A DNA stretch of 64,000 nucleotides. Origin: Terriglobia bacterium (GTDB lineage: Bacteria; Acidobacteriota; Terriglobia; JAJPHL01; JAPKYU01). The stretch spans positions 704,001-768,000 of the forward strand of contig CBDBKE010000002.1 in the NCBI GenBank assembly GCA_965206645.1, given 5' to 3'. The position numbers were made by a program, and so were the translations under genes. Below, piece by piece: positions 10,519 to 21,085 of this stretch. The first letter of the stretch is position 1; the number at the start of each line of letters is the position of its first letter. A model generated the notes under the pieces. The model was not told the DNA's origin. It did no database searches and was given only the letters and a program-made list of their open reading frames with translations.

Positions 10519-11943
10519 ATGGAGCAGCAGGCCGAAGGCGCAGTTCCTATAGACCCCTACAGCCTATCGGAAGACGCGGTCCGGGAGCCGCCGACTTCGC
10601 TGCTGCAATCGTTGCGAAGGATCGGCCCCGGGCTGATCCTGGCCGGCTCCATCGTCGGCACCGGAGAGCTGATCGCCACCACACACGTAGGCGCGCAGGC
10701 GGGCTTTGCCCTGCTGTGGCTGGTGATTGTGAGCTGCTTCATCAAGACTTTCGCGCAGATCGAGCTGGCGCGCTACACCATCTCCTCAGGCCTGACCACG
10801 TTCGCCGCGTTTCGGCAACTGCCCGGGCCGGGCTTTCTGCTGTCCTGGTGGTGGCTGGTGATGGCGGTGACAGCCCAAACGCAGGTGGCGGCCATGGTGG
10901 GGGGCATAGGCCAGGCGGTCCACATGGCTGTGCCTGGCCTTTCCTCTGCAATCGCTGAAGGGGTGGGCCTGGCTGCCCGACCCGAGCTGCCCTGGGCCGT
11001 GCTGGTCGCGCTGCTGGTTGCAACGTTGACGGCAGTGGGCAGCTACGGGGTGGTGGAGCGCGGCACCACCCTGCTGGTGGCGATCTTCACGCTGATGACG
11101 GTGGGATGCGTGGCGCTGTTGCCCTGGACGGGCCATTCGTTTGGTTGGCGCGAGATCACCTCCGGCCTTTCCTTTCAGATTCCCTCCCATGCAATCGGGC
11201 CGGCCTTCGCCATGTTTGGCCTTACCGGGGTGGCAGCCTCCGAACTGATCGCCTACCCCTACTTTTGCATCGAGAAAGGCTATGCGCGCCACGTCGGCCC
11301 GCGCAGCACGGATGAGGCCTGGATCCGACGCGCCCGCGGGTGGCTGCGCGTGATGCACTTGGACGCCTTTCTGAGCATGGTCGTGTTCACGGTGGCCACA
11401 GTGGCCTTCTATCTGCTCGGGGCCTCGGTCTTACACCAATACACCGGACCGGAAGGATTGCCGGGTACTGTCAGCGGCATGCTGCAAGTGCTTTCGCAAA
11501 TGTACGTGCCCGTGCTGGGTGAGCGGGTGGCTCTCTGGTTCATTGTGATCGGCGCCTTTTCCGTGCTGTTCTCTAGTTTCTTTGTCTCCACGGCCACCAT
11601 CGGTCGCACCCTGACCGATTTCCTGAAGGTCAACGGCTTTATCCAGCTTGCCCACCCGGGCGACCGGTGGTGGTGGGTTCGCCGCTTCTGCTTCGCGTTC
11701 CCGTTTCTGCATCTCTTCCTATTTGCGTGGGTTTCCAACCCAGTGCAGCTGGTCATCATTGGCGGGTTCGGCCAGGCCCTGACGCTGCCCATGATCGCCG
11801 CCGCTGCCGTCTACATGCGTTACCGCAGAAGCGACCGTCGCCTTACCCCAGGCTTATTGTGGGATGCCTTCCTGTGGCTTTCCCTGCTGTGCTTCTTCGC
11901 CACCGCCTTCTACGGCGTCTGGAACACCTACCAGAAGCTGTAG
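10519..11943 (+). CDS. Nramp-like (APC superfamily) membrane transporter
   Basis: IGPGLILAGSIVGTGEL motif; about 11 hydrophobic segments. Confidence 0.75.
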   Translation: MEQQAEGAVPIDPYSLSEDAVREPPTSLLQSLRRIGPGLILAGSIVGTGELIATTHVGAQAGFALLWLVIVSCFIKTFAQIELARYTISSGLTTFAAFRQLPGPGFLLSWWWLVMAVTAQTQVAAMVGGIGQAVHMAVPGLSSAIAEGVGLAARPELPWAVLVALLVATLTAVGSYGVVERGTTLLVAIFTLMTVGCVALLPWTGHSFGWREITSGLSFQIPSHAIGPAFAMFGLTGVAASELIAYPYFCIEKGYARHVGPRSTDEAWIRRARGWLRVMHLDAFLSMVVFTVATVAFYLLGASVLHQYTGPEGLPGTVSGMLQVLSQMYVPVLGERVALWFIVIGAFSVLFSSFFVSTATIGRTLTDFLKVNGFIQLAHPGDRWWWVRRFCFAFPFLHLFLFAWVSNPVQLVIIGGFGQALTLPMIAAAAVYMRYRRSDRRLTPGLLWDAFLWLSLLCFFATAFYGVWNTYQKL

Positions 11944-12293
11944 TGAGCCCAAAGTCCAAAGCCTGGACACTGCGACCTATTGCTCTCAGGGTGGCGGTGC
12001 ACGACCCGCTTTCCCAAAGTGGACATGCAAACCCTCAGGGTGTACTGTTGGCCATTCTCTGCCGAGAGGAGATAGCCATGCCGCCTAGGCCCTTGATTCG
12101 CTCCGTAGGACCAGGAATGGCGCTGCTGGGGCTCAGGCTGCTCGCAATCGGCCTGTTGGAGTTGGAGTCCAACCCGGTCCCTGTTCACAAGTCTAACTCC
12201 CCGGCAAGGATTCCCGGGGAGAGCAAGTTGCAGAACACCGATGGCGCCTAAGCCAAGGAGCACTCCGGCCGTAAGGTCCGGGAAGAAAGAACG

Positions 12294-13244
12294 ATGAATG
12301 TCGAAAATATCAGAAGGTTAGCTGTTATCGGCGCCGGCCTAATGGGGCATGGAATTGCCCAGGAATTTGCGGCGGCGGGGTGTGAGGTCGCCCTTCATGA
12401 TCTAACGGAGGAGAAACTACATCAAGCTCGAGTAAACATTCAGGGCAACCTCGCAATGCTGGCCGATATGGGGTTGGGAGACGCAAAGCAGATTCCGTCG
12501 GTAGCGAGGCGAGTTCATTGCTATACGGATCTCAAGGAGGCGGTCGACAGCGTCCAACTCGTAATTGAATGCGTCTCTGAAGACTTGGCAGTCAAACATC
12601 GGGTCTTTCGCGAGTTAGACGAGTTCTGTCCTCCCGCTGCCATACTGGCAAGTAATACGTCCAGCTTGCTCCCCAGTAGACTGGCATCCGTCACAAAAAG
12701 GCCTGACAGGGTGTTGGTGACACATTACTTCAATCCTCCGTACTTGATCCCGTTCGTGGAGGTGGTTCGAGGTTCTGAAACTGCGGAGGACGTTATCACA
12801 ACCGTCTTTGAGTTACTCAAGAAGGTGGGTAAGAGTCCGGTTATCATGCAGAAGGAAGCTCCTGGCTTTATAGGGAATCGACTCCAGGCAGCCCTTTTTC
12901 GGGAAGCCCTCTCGATGGTGGAACGGGGCATCGCCAGGCCACAGGACGTAGACCTAGCTGTCAAAAACGGCTTTGGCCGGAGGCTGGCCGCTGCGGGAGT
13001 CTTTCAACTTCTTGATATCGCGGGCTGGGACACGGTAGTGGCAGCGAGCGAAAATATCTTCCCGGATATTGAATCTTCCAGGCAAGTATCCGCACTGGTG
13101 GGACAGATGGTCAAGCGCGGGGAGCTCGGAGTGAAAACCGGGAAAGGAATTTACTCATGGACTCCTGAATCGGCCACGACTTTGAAGCTCAGAATTGCAC
13201 AAACTCTCGTCGATGTCGCGAAAAGGGATCCGGATAAGTCGTGA
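12294..13244 (+). CDS. 3-hydroxyacyl-CoA dehydrogenase family protein
   Basis: GAGLMG, ASNTSS, HYFNPP and GFIGNRLQ motifs. Confidence 0.9.
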   Translation: MNVENIRRLAVIGAGLMGHGIAQEFAAAGCEVALHDLTEEKLHQARVNIQGNLAMLADMGLGDAKQIPSVARRVHCYTDLKEAVDSVQLVIECVSEDLAVKHRVFRELDEFCPPAAILASNTSSLLPSRLASVTKRPDRVLVTHYFNPPYLIPFVEVVRGSETAEDVITTVFELLKKVGKSPVIMQKEAPGFIGNRLQAALFREALSMVERGIARPQDVDLAVKNGFGRRLAAAGVFQLLDIAGWDTVVAASENIFPDIESSRQVSALVGQMVKRGELGVKTGKGIYSWTPESATTLKLRIAQTLVDVAKRDPDKS

Positions 13245-13317
13245 CGCAAACACAAACAGGGCGATCTTCGCGAATAAGAGAGGACTACTGAACGGCAGAA
13301 AAGTAATTGGCCGCCCA

Positions 13318-15576
13318 ATGATCCAATATCTTTCGCCGGCTCACTGGCGGCGCCAGAAGTGTCATGGTCGCCGGCTCTGGCTTTTATTCGCTGTCCTGTT
13401 TGCCTACGGAAGTTGCGCACTCGCCAGTGCAACGGGCTTCACGCCGCTGGCGGGGGATATGACGACCTTCGACCCTGCCCAGCAAGTGTTTCCTACCTCA
13501 GGTGATCGGATCAAAGTCGCCGTCTTCTTTCCATTCAGTGGTGCAGCAGCTATCAACGGGCATATCGCCTGGGCGAATATCGGCTGGGCAGTACACGACG
13601 TCAATACACAGGGAGGAATTTGGGTAGATGGTAAGAAGAAGAAAATCCAGCTGATTCGAGCAGACCATCAAGGCAAACCTTCCACGGCGAAGCGGGTCCT
13701 TGAAAGAATGTGTCAAAGGGAACAGGTGGACGTGATTATTGGGACTTCCGGTAGTCATCTCAGCCTCATCGCCCAACAAGTGGCTCTAAAATATAAAACC
13801 ATTTATCTGAATGCTGCCGCTTTGTCCGATATGCTCATGGATGAGCGGAATTTTAACCGTTATACGTTCAGAACCTGTCCTACGACAACAATGCTGGCCA
13901 GAGGGCTAGCACACTTTTACGCTCCTCGGCCTGTCCGGAAATTTTATATCCTCTGCCAGGACTACGTGTACGGCCATGCGTTTGGGGAAGCCTTCAGAAA
14001 GACGCTGCTCGAACAGAAGCCGAATGCTCAGATCGTGGGAGAAGATTATCATCCTCTTTTTGCTAAGGACTACGCGCCCTACCTTGAGAAGGTGCGGGGC
14101 TTCGGGGCAGAGGTAATCATTACGGGCGACTGGCCGCCTGACATTGACAACCTGGTCAAGCAGTCGCGGCAATTGGGCATGCGGACTCCGATAGCAGGGC
14201 CTTTTGCCGATATGCCGACTGCACTGGAAGCCGTCGGTGGGCCGGCTGGAGTGGGTCTGGCCGTGGTGAGCGCCTTCAATACAACTCATCCTCTCGCACA
14301 AGACTTTATGAAGGCCTGGAACAACCAGTGGCAGACGTGGAAAGTGCCTCCTTACACCAGCAGCACGTTCAAGTGGCCAATTGGCATTCCCGCTTTCGAA
14401 ACCATTTCCACTTACTGGTACCTCAATCTGCTTGCCGAGTTAGGCAGTACCGATCCGGAGAAAGTGCTGGGCGCATTTGAAAAGAGCGAATACCAGATAT
14501 TTGGGGTGCAGCTGAAGATGCAGTCCTCAAATCATCAGACAATTATGGACATGGTTGCATCCGAGCTGGTCTTTCCCAATAAATGGCACGAAAACGCCGC
14601 TGGCTGGGGAAAGTTTGTAACCATTCCCGCCGACTCAATCTCGCGGAGCAGACCCCGGGGCGCCGAAGCTGACATTGCGCCGCGACAGGTGGCAAACCAG
14701 AGGTCCAATTGGCCGATGTACCTTTCCCAAGCCATCCATGGGTTGACCTACGGCATGCTGCTCTTCCTCGTCGCTTCTGGCCTGACTTTGATCTTCGGAA
14801 TGATGGGAGTTCTGAACATCGCGCACGCGTCGTTTTTCATGCTGGCCGCCTATCTCTCCTACGAGATGCTCGCTCGGGTCGGGAACTTCTGGTTCGGGCT
14901 ATTAGTGGCTCCTCTGGCCGTAGCCATCCTGGGCGTTCTGATGCAGCGATTCCTGTTAGCAAGAGTTCAGGCCCATGGTCTAGGACACGTGGGCGAGCTA
15001 CTCCTTACCTTTGGAATTGCCCTTCTGATCTCTGCAGCAGTCAAGATGCTCTGGGGCACGGACAGTCTAGTGGTACCGATTCCGGACTCACTGAAAGGAG
15101 TCGTGACGGTTGGAGGAATTCAATATCCAATCTACCGTTTATTCGTTGTTGGGTTGTCCTTTGCCATTCTCGGTTTGCTTGCCTTGCTGGTATTCAAAAC
15201 GCGGTTGGGTACGACCCTGAGGGCCGCTGTTTCGGATGCCAAAATGGTCGGCGCCCTTGGCATCAATATGCGCCTCATTTCCTCGTTGGTCTTCGGGATT
15301 GGGACTTGGATGGCTGGGGTCGCCGGGGTGGCTGCGGCGCCGCTGTTAACCGTTTATCCGGGCATGGCCGAGCAGATGAGCCTGGATGCCTTTGTCGTAG
15401 TGGTGGTTGGAGGGCTGGGAAGCCTGCAGGGGGCCTTCCTCGTTTCCCTTGTCCTGGGTGAATTAAACGCTTACGGAATACAGTTCATTCCTCGTCTGGC
15501 GCCGGTGCTCACGTTCGCCCTGATGGCAATCGTGCTAGCTGGCAGGCCGACGGGACTGTTCGGAGAAAGAAAGTGA
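13318..15576 (+). CDS. Branched-chain amino acid (HAAT) ABC substrate-binding protein fused to a LivH-type permease
   Basis: Signal peptide, then a periplasmic binding fold, then GLTLIFGMMGVLNIAH permease motifs, all in one open frame. Confidence 0.8.
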   Translation: MIQYLSPAHWRRQKCHGRRLWLLFAVLFAYGSCALASATGFTPLAGDMTTFDPAQQVFPTSGDRIKVAVFFPFSGAAAINGHIAWANIGWAVHDVNTQGGIWVDGKKKKIQLIRADHQGKPSTAKRVLERMCQREQVDVIIGTSGSHLSLIAQQVALKYKTIYLNAAALSDMLMDERNFNRYTFRTCPTTTMLARGLAHFYAPRPVRKFYILCQDYVYGHAFGEAFRKTLLEQKPNAQIVGEDYHPLFAKDYAPYLEKVRGFGAEVIITGDWPPDIDNLVKQSRQLGMRTPIAGPFADMPTALEAVGGPAGVGLAVVSAFNTTHPLAQDFMKAWNNQWQTWKVPPYTSSTFKWPIGIPAFETISTYWYLNLLAELGSTDPEKVLGAFEKSEYQIFGVQLKMQSSNHQTIMDMVASELVFPNKWHENAAGWGKFVTIPADSISRSRPRGAEADIAPRQVANQRSNWPMYLSQAIHGLTYGMLLFLVASGLTLIFGMMGVLNIAHASFFMLAAYLSYEMLARVGNFWFGLLVAPLAVAILGVLMQRFLLARVQAHGLGHVGELLLTFGIALLISAAVKMLWGTDSLVVPIPDSLKGVVTVGGIQYPIYRLFVVGLSFAILGLLALLVFKTRLGTTLRAAVSDAKMVGALGINMRLISSLVFGIGTWMAGVAGVAAAPLLTVYPGMAEQMSLDAFVVVVVGGLGSLQGAFLVSLVLGELNAYGIQFIPRLAPVLTFALMAIVLAGRPTGLFGERK

Positions 15577-16544
15577 AGCGTCACAATCGAATCGCCCTGG
15601 GGGTGATTGGCGTTCTCTGTCTGTTGACGACTCCCCAGTTCCTGAGTGCCGTTCACACCAACATTCTGGTGGAGCTGGCCATCAGTGCGACGTTCGCCGT
15701 AAGTGTGAATCTCCTGTTGAGCTATGCTGGGCTGCTCAGTTTTGGGCACGCTCTTTTTTTCGGGAGCGGCGCTTATGCCACCGCGCTCGCACTGACTCAC
15801 ATCGAGGGTTTAGGCCCAATCACCGCTCTGCTGCTCGGGGGATTGGCCGGGTTTCTGGTCGCTGCACTCTGCAGTCCGTTTCTCGGGCGGATCAGCGGAA
15901 CGGCTTTTGCCATGCTGAGCCTTGCGTTAGGTCAGCTGATGTACGTCATGTGCCTGAAATATAGAGAAGTGACAGGAGGTGAAGACGGAATCGCGGGTTT
16001 CCCTATCCCTCCCTTAGTTGTCCCGGGGATTCTTCGGGTGGAACTGACAAACCCGACCAACTTCTTCTATTTTGCTCTCATCGTTCTTGGCACTAGCATC
16101 GGGCTGATGTGGCACCTGACCAGGACCCCTTTTGGCAGCCTCGTGGTCGGAATCGGAAACAATGCCGAAAGGGTCAGCTACCTGGGGTTTCACGTTTCCT
16201 ACACGAAAGCCGTTCTCGTCATGATTTCTGGAACGTTTGCCGGCGTTGCCGGATCCGTTTTCGCCCTTTTCCAAAATGTGGTCTCCACGGATGGAGTTCT
16301 TCACCTGATGGTGTCCTTCTTTCCTCTCATGGCAATCCTCGTGGGTGGCATCGGAACCTTCGCGGGCCCGATTCTCGGTTCCGGGATTCTGATTCTGGTC
16401 GAGGATTGGAGTAGCCGGCACACAGAACACGTGGAGCTTGTGACCGGCCTAATATTCGTCGTGGTTGTGCTTTTCCTGCCTTCGGGACTGGGTGGTTTGG
16501 CAAAAATACTCAGGCGAAGATCACTCACTGCTTCCCCGGAGTAG
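15573..16544 (+). CDS. livM: HAAT ABC transporter permease
   Basis: GLLSFGHA and TGGEDG motifs; operon position. Confidence 0.85.
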   Translation: MKRHNRIALGVIGVLCLLTTPQFLSAVHTNILVELAISATFAVSVNLLLSYAGLLSFGHALFFGSGAYATALALTHIEGLGPITALLLGGLAGFLVAALCSPFLGRISGTAFAMLSLALGQLMYVMCLKYREVTGGEDGIAGFPIPPLVVPGILRVELTNPTNFFYFALIVLGTSIGLMWHLTRTPFGSLVVGIGNNAERVSYLGFHVSYTKAVLVMISGTFAGVAGSVFALFQNVVSTDGVLHLMVSFFPLMAILVGGIGTFAGPILGSGILILVEDWSSRHTEHVELVTGLIFVVVVLFLPSGLGGLAKILRRRSLTASPE

Positions 16545-16564
16545 ATCACGGAGTCAGGTTCTCA

Positions 16565-17311
16565 GTGAACATCCTCGAGACCAAAGATCTACATCACGAT
16601 TTCGAGGGATTGAAAGTCCTTTCTGGAGTGAACCTGCAGGTCAAGCAAGGGGAACGTCACGCCATCATCGGACCCAACGGTGCGGGAAAGACGACTCTCT
16701 TTAATATTATTGCCGGTGCCTTTCGACCACGCGGTGGGCGCGTGTTCTACAAGGGTAGCGACATCACGGGCTTCAAACCTCATAGACTTGCACGGCTCGG
16801 GATTAGCCGGTCGTTCCAAATCACGAGTACTTTTCCGCGCCTGACGACCTTTCACAACATGCGAATGGCGATTCTGTCCAATCACGGGATGCGCTTCAAC
16901 TTTCACCGAAAGGTGGACGAAATCCCAGCGGTGTCAGGGGCAACCCATGACGCGCTAAGACGCATTGACCTCGACGGGGACTCCGACCAACAAGCCGGCA
17001 TGCTTTCTTATGGGAAGAGCCGCGCCCTCGAGGTCGGCCTGGCCGTGTTTACCAACACAGAGTTGGCCTTGCTCGACGAACCGACAGCCGGCATGTCAAA
17101 AGAAGAAACGGTTCGCAGTATCGACCTGATTAGACAGTTGACCGCCGGGAAGACCGTCATCATCGTGGAGCACGACATGGACGTGGTCTTTTCCCTCGCC
17201 GATCGGGTCACCGTGCTCCACTACGGCTCGATTCTGGCGTCGGGAAGCCCGAAGGAGGTTCGGGAGGACCCACGGGTCAAAGAGGCCTATCTCGGTCACG
17301 ACCAGGCTTGA
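16565..17311 (+). CDS. livG: HAAT ABC transporter ATP-binding protein
   Basis: GPNGAGKT, LSYG, LDEPTAG and C-terminal EAYLG. Confidence 0.88.
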   Translation: MNILETKDLHHDFEGLKVLSGVNLQVKQGERHAIIGPNGAGKTTLFNIIAGAFRPRGGRVFYKGSDITGFKPHRLARLGISRSFQITSTFPRLTTFHNMRMAILSNHGMRFNFHRKVDEIPAVSGATHDALRRIDLDGDSDQQAGMLSYGKSRALEVGLAVFTNTELALLDEPTAGMSKEETVRSIDLIRQLTAGKTVIIVEHDMDVVFSLADRVTVLHYGSILASGSPKEVREDPRVKEAYLGHDQA

Positions 17312-18030
17312 CATTGCTTCTCGAAGTCAACCAACTCAACGCCTTTTACGGGTCAAGTCACCTCCTCCAAGGGGTGTCCCTCAATGTCGATCGGGCTGAA
17401 ATTGTCGCCATCCTGGGACGCAACGGCGTCGGGAAGAGCACAACGCTCAAAACGATCATGGGCTTGGTCCGGCCGAGGTCCGGTTCGGTCATCTTCGATG
17501 GATTGGATATCTCCGTTTTACCTCCCTACAAGGTGGCCCGCGCTGGTATTGGTTATGTCCCGGAAGACAGAAGGATATTTCCTAATCTTTCTGTGCGGGA
17601 GAACCTTTTGCTGGCAAAGAGGAGCGTTGCGGCCGGCAACGAAGGCCAGTCGGAACTATGGACCGCGGAGAGAGTTTCCCAACGCTTTCCTATGCTCGAA
17701 AGGAGAGCTGACAACAAAGGGGCGCAGCTGTCTGGCGGCGAACAGCAGATGCTGGCCATTGGTAGAGCCTTGATGGGCAATCCTGTGCTCTTGCTCGTTG
17801 ACGAACCAACCGAAGGGCTGGCACCGCTTCTGGTTGATCAAGTGCGGGATGTCCTTCGTCAGATCAACCAGGCAGGTGTCTCCGTTCTCCTCACCGAACA
17901 CAACATGCGCGTGGCGCTCTCCCTGGCACACCGCGTGTACCTGATGGGAAAGGGTCACATCGGATTCTCCGGGACCGTAGACGAGCTGAACTCTGAGCCT
18001 GAGATCAAATCGAAGTACCTTGGGATCTAG
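17308..18030 (+). CDS. livF: HAAT ABC transporter ATP-binding protein
   Basis: GRNGVGKS, LSGGEQQM and DEPTEGLAP motifs. Confidence 0.88.
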   Translation: MTLLLEVNQLNAFYGSSHLLQGVSLNVDRAEIVAILGRNGVGKSTTLKTIMGLVRPRSGSVIFDGLDISVLPPYKVARAGIGYVPEDRRIFPNLSVRENLLLAKRSVAAGNEGQSELWTAERVSQRFPMLERRADNKGAQLSGGEQQMLAIGRALMGNPVLLLVDEPTEGLAPLLVDQVRDVLRQINQAGVSVLLTEHNMRVALSLAHRVYLMGKGHIGFSGTVDELNSEPEIKSKYLGI

Positions 18031-18120
18031 AATCTCAGGTTGTCTGCGGACTCAAACTATATTCGCCTCAGGAATAAGAGTTCCTTTCGGGCAGGGGCCA
18101 TATCCTAAAGCCTGTAGACG

Positions 18121-18149
18121 TTGACACCCCCAAAGGAGACCCAGATAAT
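18121..18149 (+). promoter_or_regulatory. sigma70-type promoter for the downstream SDR
   Basis: TTGACA-N17-GATAAT. Confidence 0.55.
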
Positions 18150-18225
18150 GCCTGAGTCGACCACAGCAAAAAGTCGAAAACCGTCCGGCCTGAAAAGACC
18201 ATTCCAGGTGGGAGTTTGAATTCGT

Positions 18226-18999
18226 ATGGCAACAGCCAAATCGCTGCGTGTAGTGGTTACCGCCGGAGCCTCGGGGATTGGAAGAACCGTTGCGGAGACC
18301 TTTCTCGCTCAGGGATCTTCTGTTCACGTCTGCGACATCTCCGAGACTTATCTTGCGGAGATCGCCGACACCCTTCCCCGCGTCGGCACGACGTGCGCTG
18401 ACGTTGCTGACGAGCATCAGGTTGACCGGGTGTTTCAGGAAGCCACGGGGCACCTGGGTGGGCTCGATGTCCTAGTCAATAACGCGGGCATCGCTGGGCC
18501 GACAGCGCCGGTCGAGGAAGTCCAGCTGGAAGATTGGGCACGGACTTTGGCGGTCAACATAACGGGTCAGTTTCTTTGCGCTCGTCGCGCGGTCCCCCTT
18601 TTGAAGCGGGCCGGTGGCGGGTCGATCGTAAACATTTCCTCCGTCGCTGGGCGTCTGGGCCTGCCTTTGCGCGCGCCGTACTCAACATCGAAATGGGCGG
18701 TGGTGGGTTTCACCAAGACTCTGGCGGCGGAACTTGGCCCGCATGGAATCCGGGTCAATGCCATCCTGCCGGGGATGATCGACAATGAAAGAATGAAGGC
18801 TGTCATCGAGGCTAAGGCGAGAGCGATTGGGATGAGCTATGCAGAATTAGAGGAGGAGTTAGTACGCTCGGTGTCGTTGCGAAAAAAAATCAGCCCCCAA
18901 GATGTCGCTAACATGATCATTTTCCTTTGTTCCGATGCCGGAAATAGTATCTCGGGCCAGGCGATCAGCGTTTGTGGGAATACGGAGTGTGCTCGCTGA
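18226..18999 (+). CDS. SDR family oxidoreductase
   Basis: AGASGIG, NNAGI and YxxSK motifs. Confidence 0.9.
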   Translation: MATAKSLRVVVTAGASGIGRTVAETFLAQGSSVHVCDISETYLAEIADTLPRVGTTCADVADEHQVDRVFQEATGHLGGLDVLVNNAGIAGPTAPVEEVQLEDWARTLAVNITGQFLCARRAVPLLKRAGGGSIVNISSVAGRLGLPLRAPYSTSKWAVVGFTKTLAAELGPHGIRVNAILPGMIDNERMKAVIEAKARAIGMSYAELEEELVRSVSLRKKISPQDVANMIIFLCSDAGNSISGQAISVCGNTECAR

Positions 19000-19183
19000 G
19001 AAAGGACTGCAGGGTAGAAGTGGGAAAGTGGGAATCACCGGCGCTTCTCGTGGAAGAAGGTACTGACCTGCGAGATCCAAAACTCTCCGTCATGCCTGAC
19101 AGCCGGCTCATGCCGGTCGCCGGCGGCACAGTTTGCGACGCAACCGGTCATCACGCAGGATTCGTCTTACGCGGGCAAGAACC

Positions 19184-20044
19184 CTAGTTCGGTTCATCCC
19201 CGGTAGCGACATCACGGTCCTGCTCACCGCCGGCACTCGAAGCAGGGGCCAGCGCAAGCTGCGCTCCCGATTTGATGAGGCCGCCTTCGCCAGGGCCCTG
19301 GAAGAAACTGAATCCGTGACGGCCATTCCAGGCGGACGGACCACCCAGCTTCTTGCCGGCTGCTAGAGTAGCGTCGTGGATCTTGGTGACTAACGCCTTG
19401 TACCTTGGGTCGCTCCTTTCCCATCCCGTGAAGCTGCCCAGGTCGCCGCTCGCGGCGAAGATCACGTCGACGCCCGGAACCGCGGCGATCTTATCCACGA
19501 TCGCAACACCGTCTGGCGATTCAATCATGATCACGATCATGACGTTGTCGTTGGCGGTCTCACGGTAGTCCTTTCCCCAGAGCGCAGCATATTGACCACC
19601 ACCATGGCTGCGACGCCCCAGGGGCGGGTACTTCGCATACTTGACCGCATCCTGCGCCTCTTCGACGGTGTGAACCATGGGAACGACGATCCCCAGAGCG
19701 CCGATGTCGGTCGCTTTCTGGATGTCGCCTTCGGTTGCGTCCGGCACGCGAATGAAAGGAATGGCCGGAGCGTCCTTACAGGCCCAGATCATCTTGGCCA
19801 CGTCGTTATACGTCAGCGGGCTGTGCTGCATCTCGATCCAGAGGAAATCGAAACCGGCGTTGGCCATGGCGCAATAGATGTTCGGGTCTGACGTGGAAAC
19901 GGTGCCGCCAATAACCGGCTTACCTTCCATCAGCTTCTGCTTCACCGTGTTGTACATTCGCACCTGCGCTTGTACAGCCGATGGAATCACCAAAGACAGT
20001 ATCGTGCAGACCACAGTGGATGAGACGACTCGTCCTATAGTCAT
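19184..20044 (-). CDS. HpcH/HpaI aldolase family protein with signal peptide (alternative in-frame start at 20068)
   Basis: DFLWIEMQH, MIES and GDL motifs; N-terminal hydrophobic stretch ending AVQA. Confidence 0.85.
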   Translation of the reverse strand: MTIGRVVSSTVVCTILSLVIPSAVQAQVRMYNTVKQKLMEGKPVIGGTVSTSDPNIYCAMANAGFDFLWIEMQHSPLTYNDVAKMIWACKDAPAIPFIRVPDATEGDIQKATDIGALGIVVPMVHTVEEAQDAVKYAKYPPLGRRSHGGGQYAALWGKDYRETANDNVMIVIMIESPDGVAIVDKIAAVPGVDVIFAASGDLGSFTGWERSDPRYKALVTKIHDATLAAGKKLGGPSAWNGRHGFSFFQGPGEGGLIKSGAQLALAPASSAGGEQDRDVATGDEPN

Positions 20045-20085
20045 GGACCTCTCCTTTGTTCTAGTCATGGACCTCTCCTTTGTTC
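20038..20085. repeat. Perfect 2 x 24-bp tandem duplication containing RBS and ATG
   Basis: TAGTCATGGACCTCTCCTTTGTTC occurs twice. Confidence 0.95.
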
Positions 20086-20350
20086 GTGAGACAGGTTGCC
20101 AAAGCGGTGGGCTTGGCCAGAACTTGGACCGTTCCAGGACACTGCGATCCCCCCATCCTGGGTGGAGGTCACCCAGTCGGACATCGACCCTGCCAATATA
20201 CATTTGAAACTAGTAGGGCGCTTGAACTATTCCCTGATGTTGTCGAGACGCCATCAGGCCGGTAACGCCCTCATCCAAAAGTCGCGGATGTGATACAAGA
20301 CCCTCGGTGACAGGTAGAGCAATCGACTGAGGAAGAGGCGCTGGAGGCTA

Positions 20351-21018
20351 GTGCAAGAAGTCGGGCAATTCCTTCTTAAGCATGGCTACGCGGTCCTGTT
20401 TGCCCTGGTGTTGCGCCGAGCAGATCGGCCTCCCTCTGCCTGCTATTCCCATCCTGCTGGCGACGGGGGCGATGGCCAGCACGGGCCATTTCTCTTTCAC
20501 CCTGGCGCTACTGGTGGCCGGTCTGGCGGCACTGCTGGCCGACTGGATCTGGTACCAGCTGGGCCGCCACCGCGGCCACTCGGTCCTGAACTTGCTCTGC
20601 CGAATCTCGTTGGAGCCAGATTCTTGTGTGCGCCGCACCGAAGACGTCTTTGCCCGCCACGGCGCCCGCGCTCTGCTGTTTGCCAAGTTTGTCCCCGGCC
20701 TGAACGTTGTGGCGCCCCCGCTGGCCGGCATGCTGCGCATGCGCCTGGGGCGCTTTCTGGTATTTGACGGCCTCGGAGCGCTCTTCTGGGCGGGGGCGTT
20801 TGCTGGAGCAGGCTTTCTATTCGCCTCGCAGCTCGAGCGCGCGGCAGCCCAGGCTGCCCGGCTGGGGGCGTGGCTGCTTGTCCTGCTCCTTGCCGCGCTG
20901 GCCGGCTTCCTGGGTTGGAAGTACGCGCAGCGCCAGCGTTTTCTCCGCCAACTCCTCATCGCCCGCATCCAACCAAAAGAACTGATGGAGAAACTGGAAG
21001 CCGGGGAGGAGATGGTGA
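20351..21018 (+). pseudogene. DedA (VTT)-rhodanese family membrane protein, frameshifted near 20413 and 3'-truncated by IS3
   Basis: MQEVGQFLLKHGY in one frame, then EQIGLPLP..AKFVPG in another; ends at the IS end before the expected rhodanese domain. Confidence 0.8.
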
Positions 21019-21085
21019 TGACCTGACCGGCACTTTTTGTACCAAGTGGAAAGAGAGAGAATCCACTTGAGGAGGAAGTGAGGTC

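Noticed and set aside
12078-12251. 57-aa ORF with a good RBS and hydrophobic N-terminus
   Set aside because: No recognisable domain; could be a gene remnant; insufficient support
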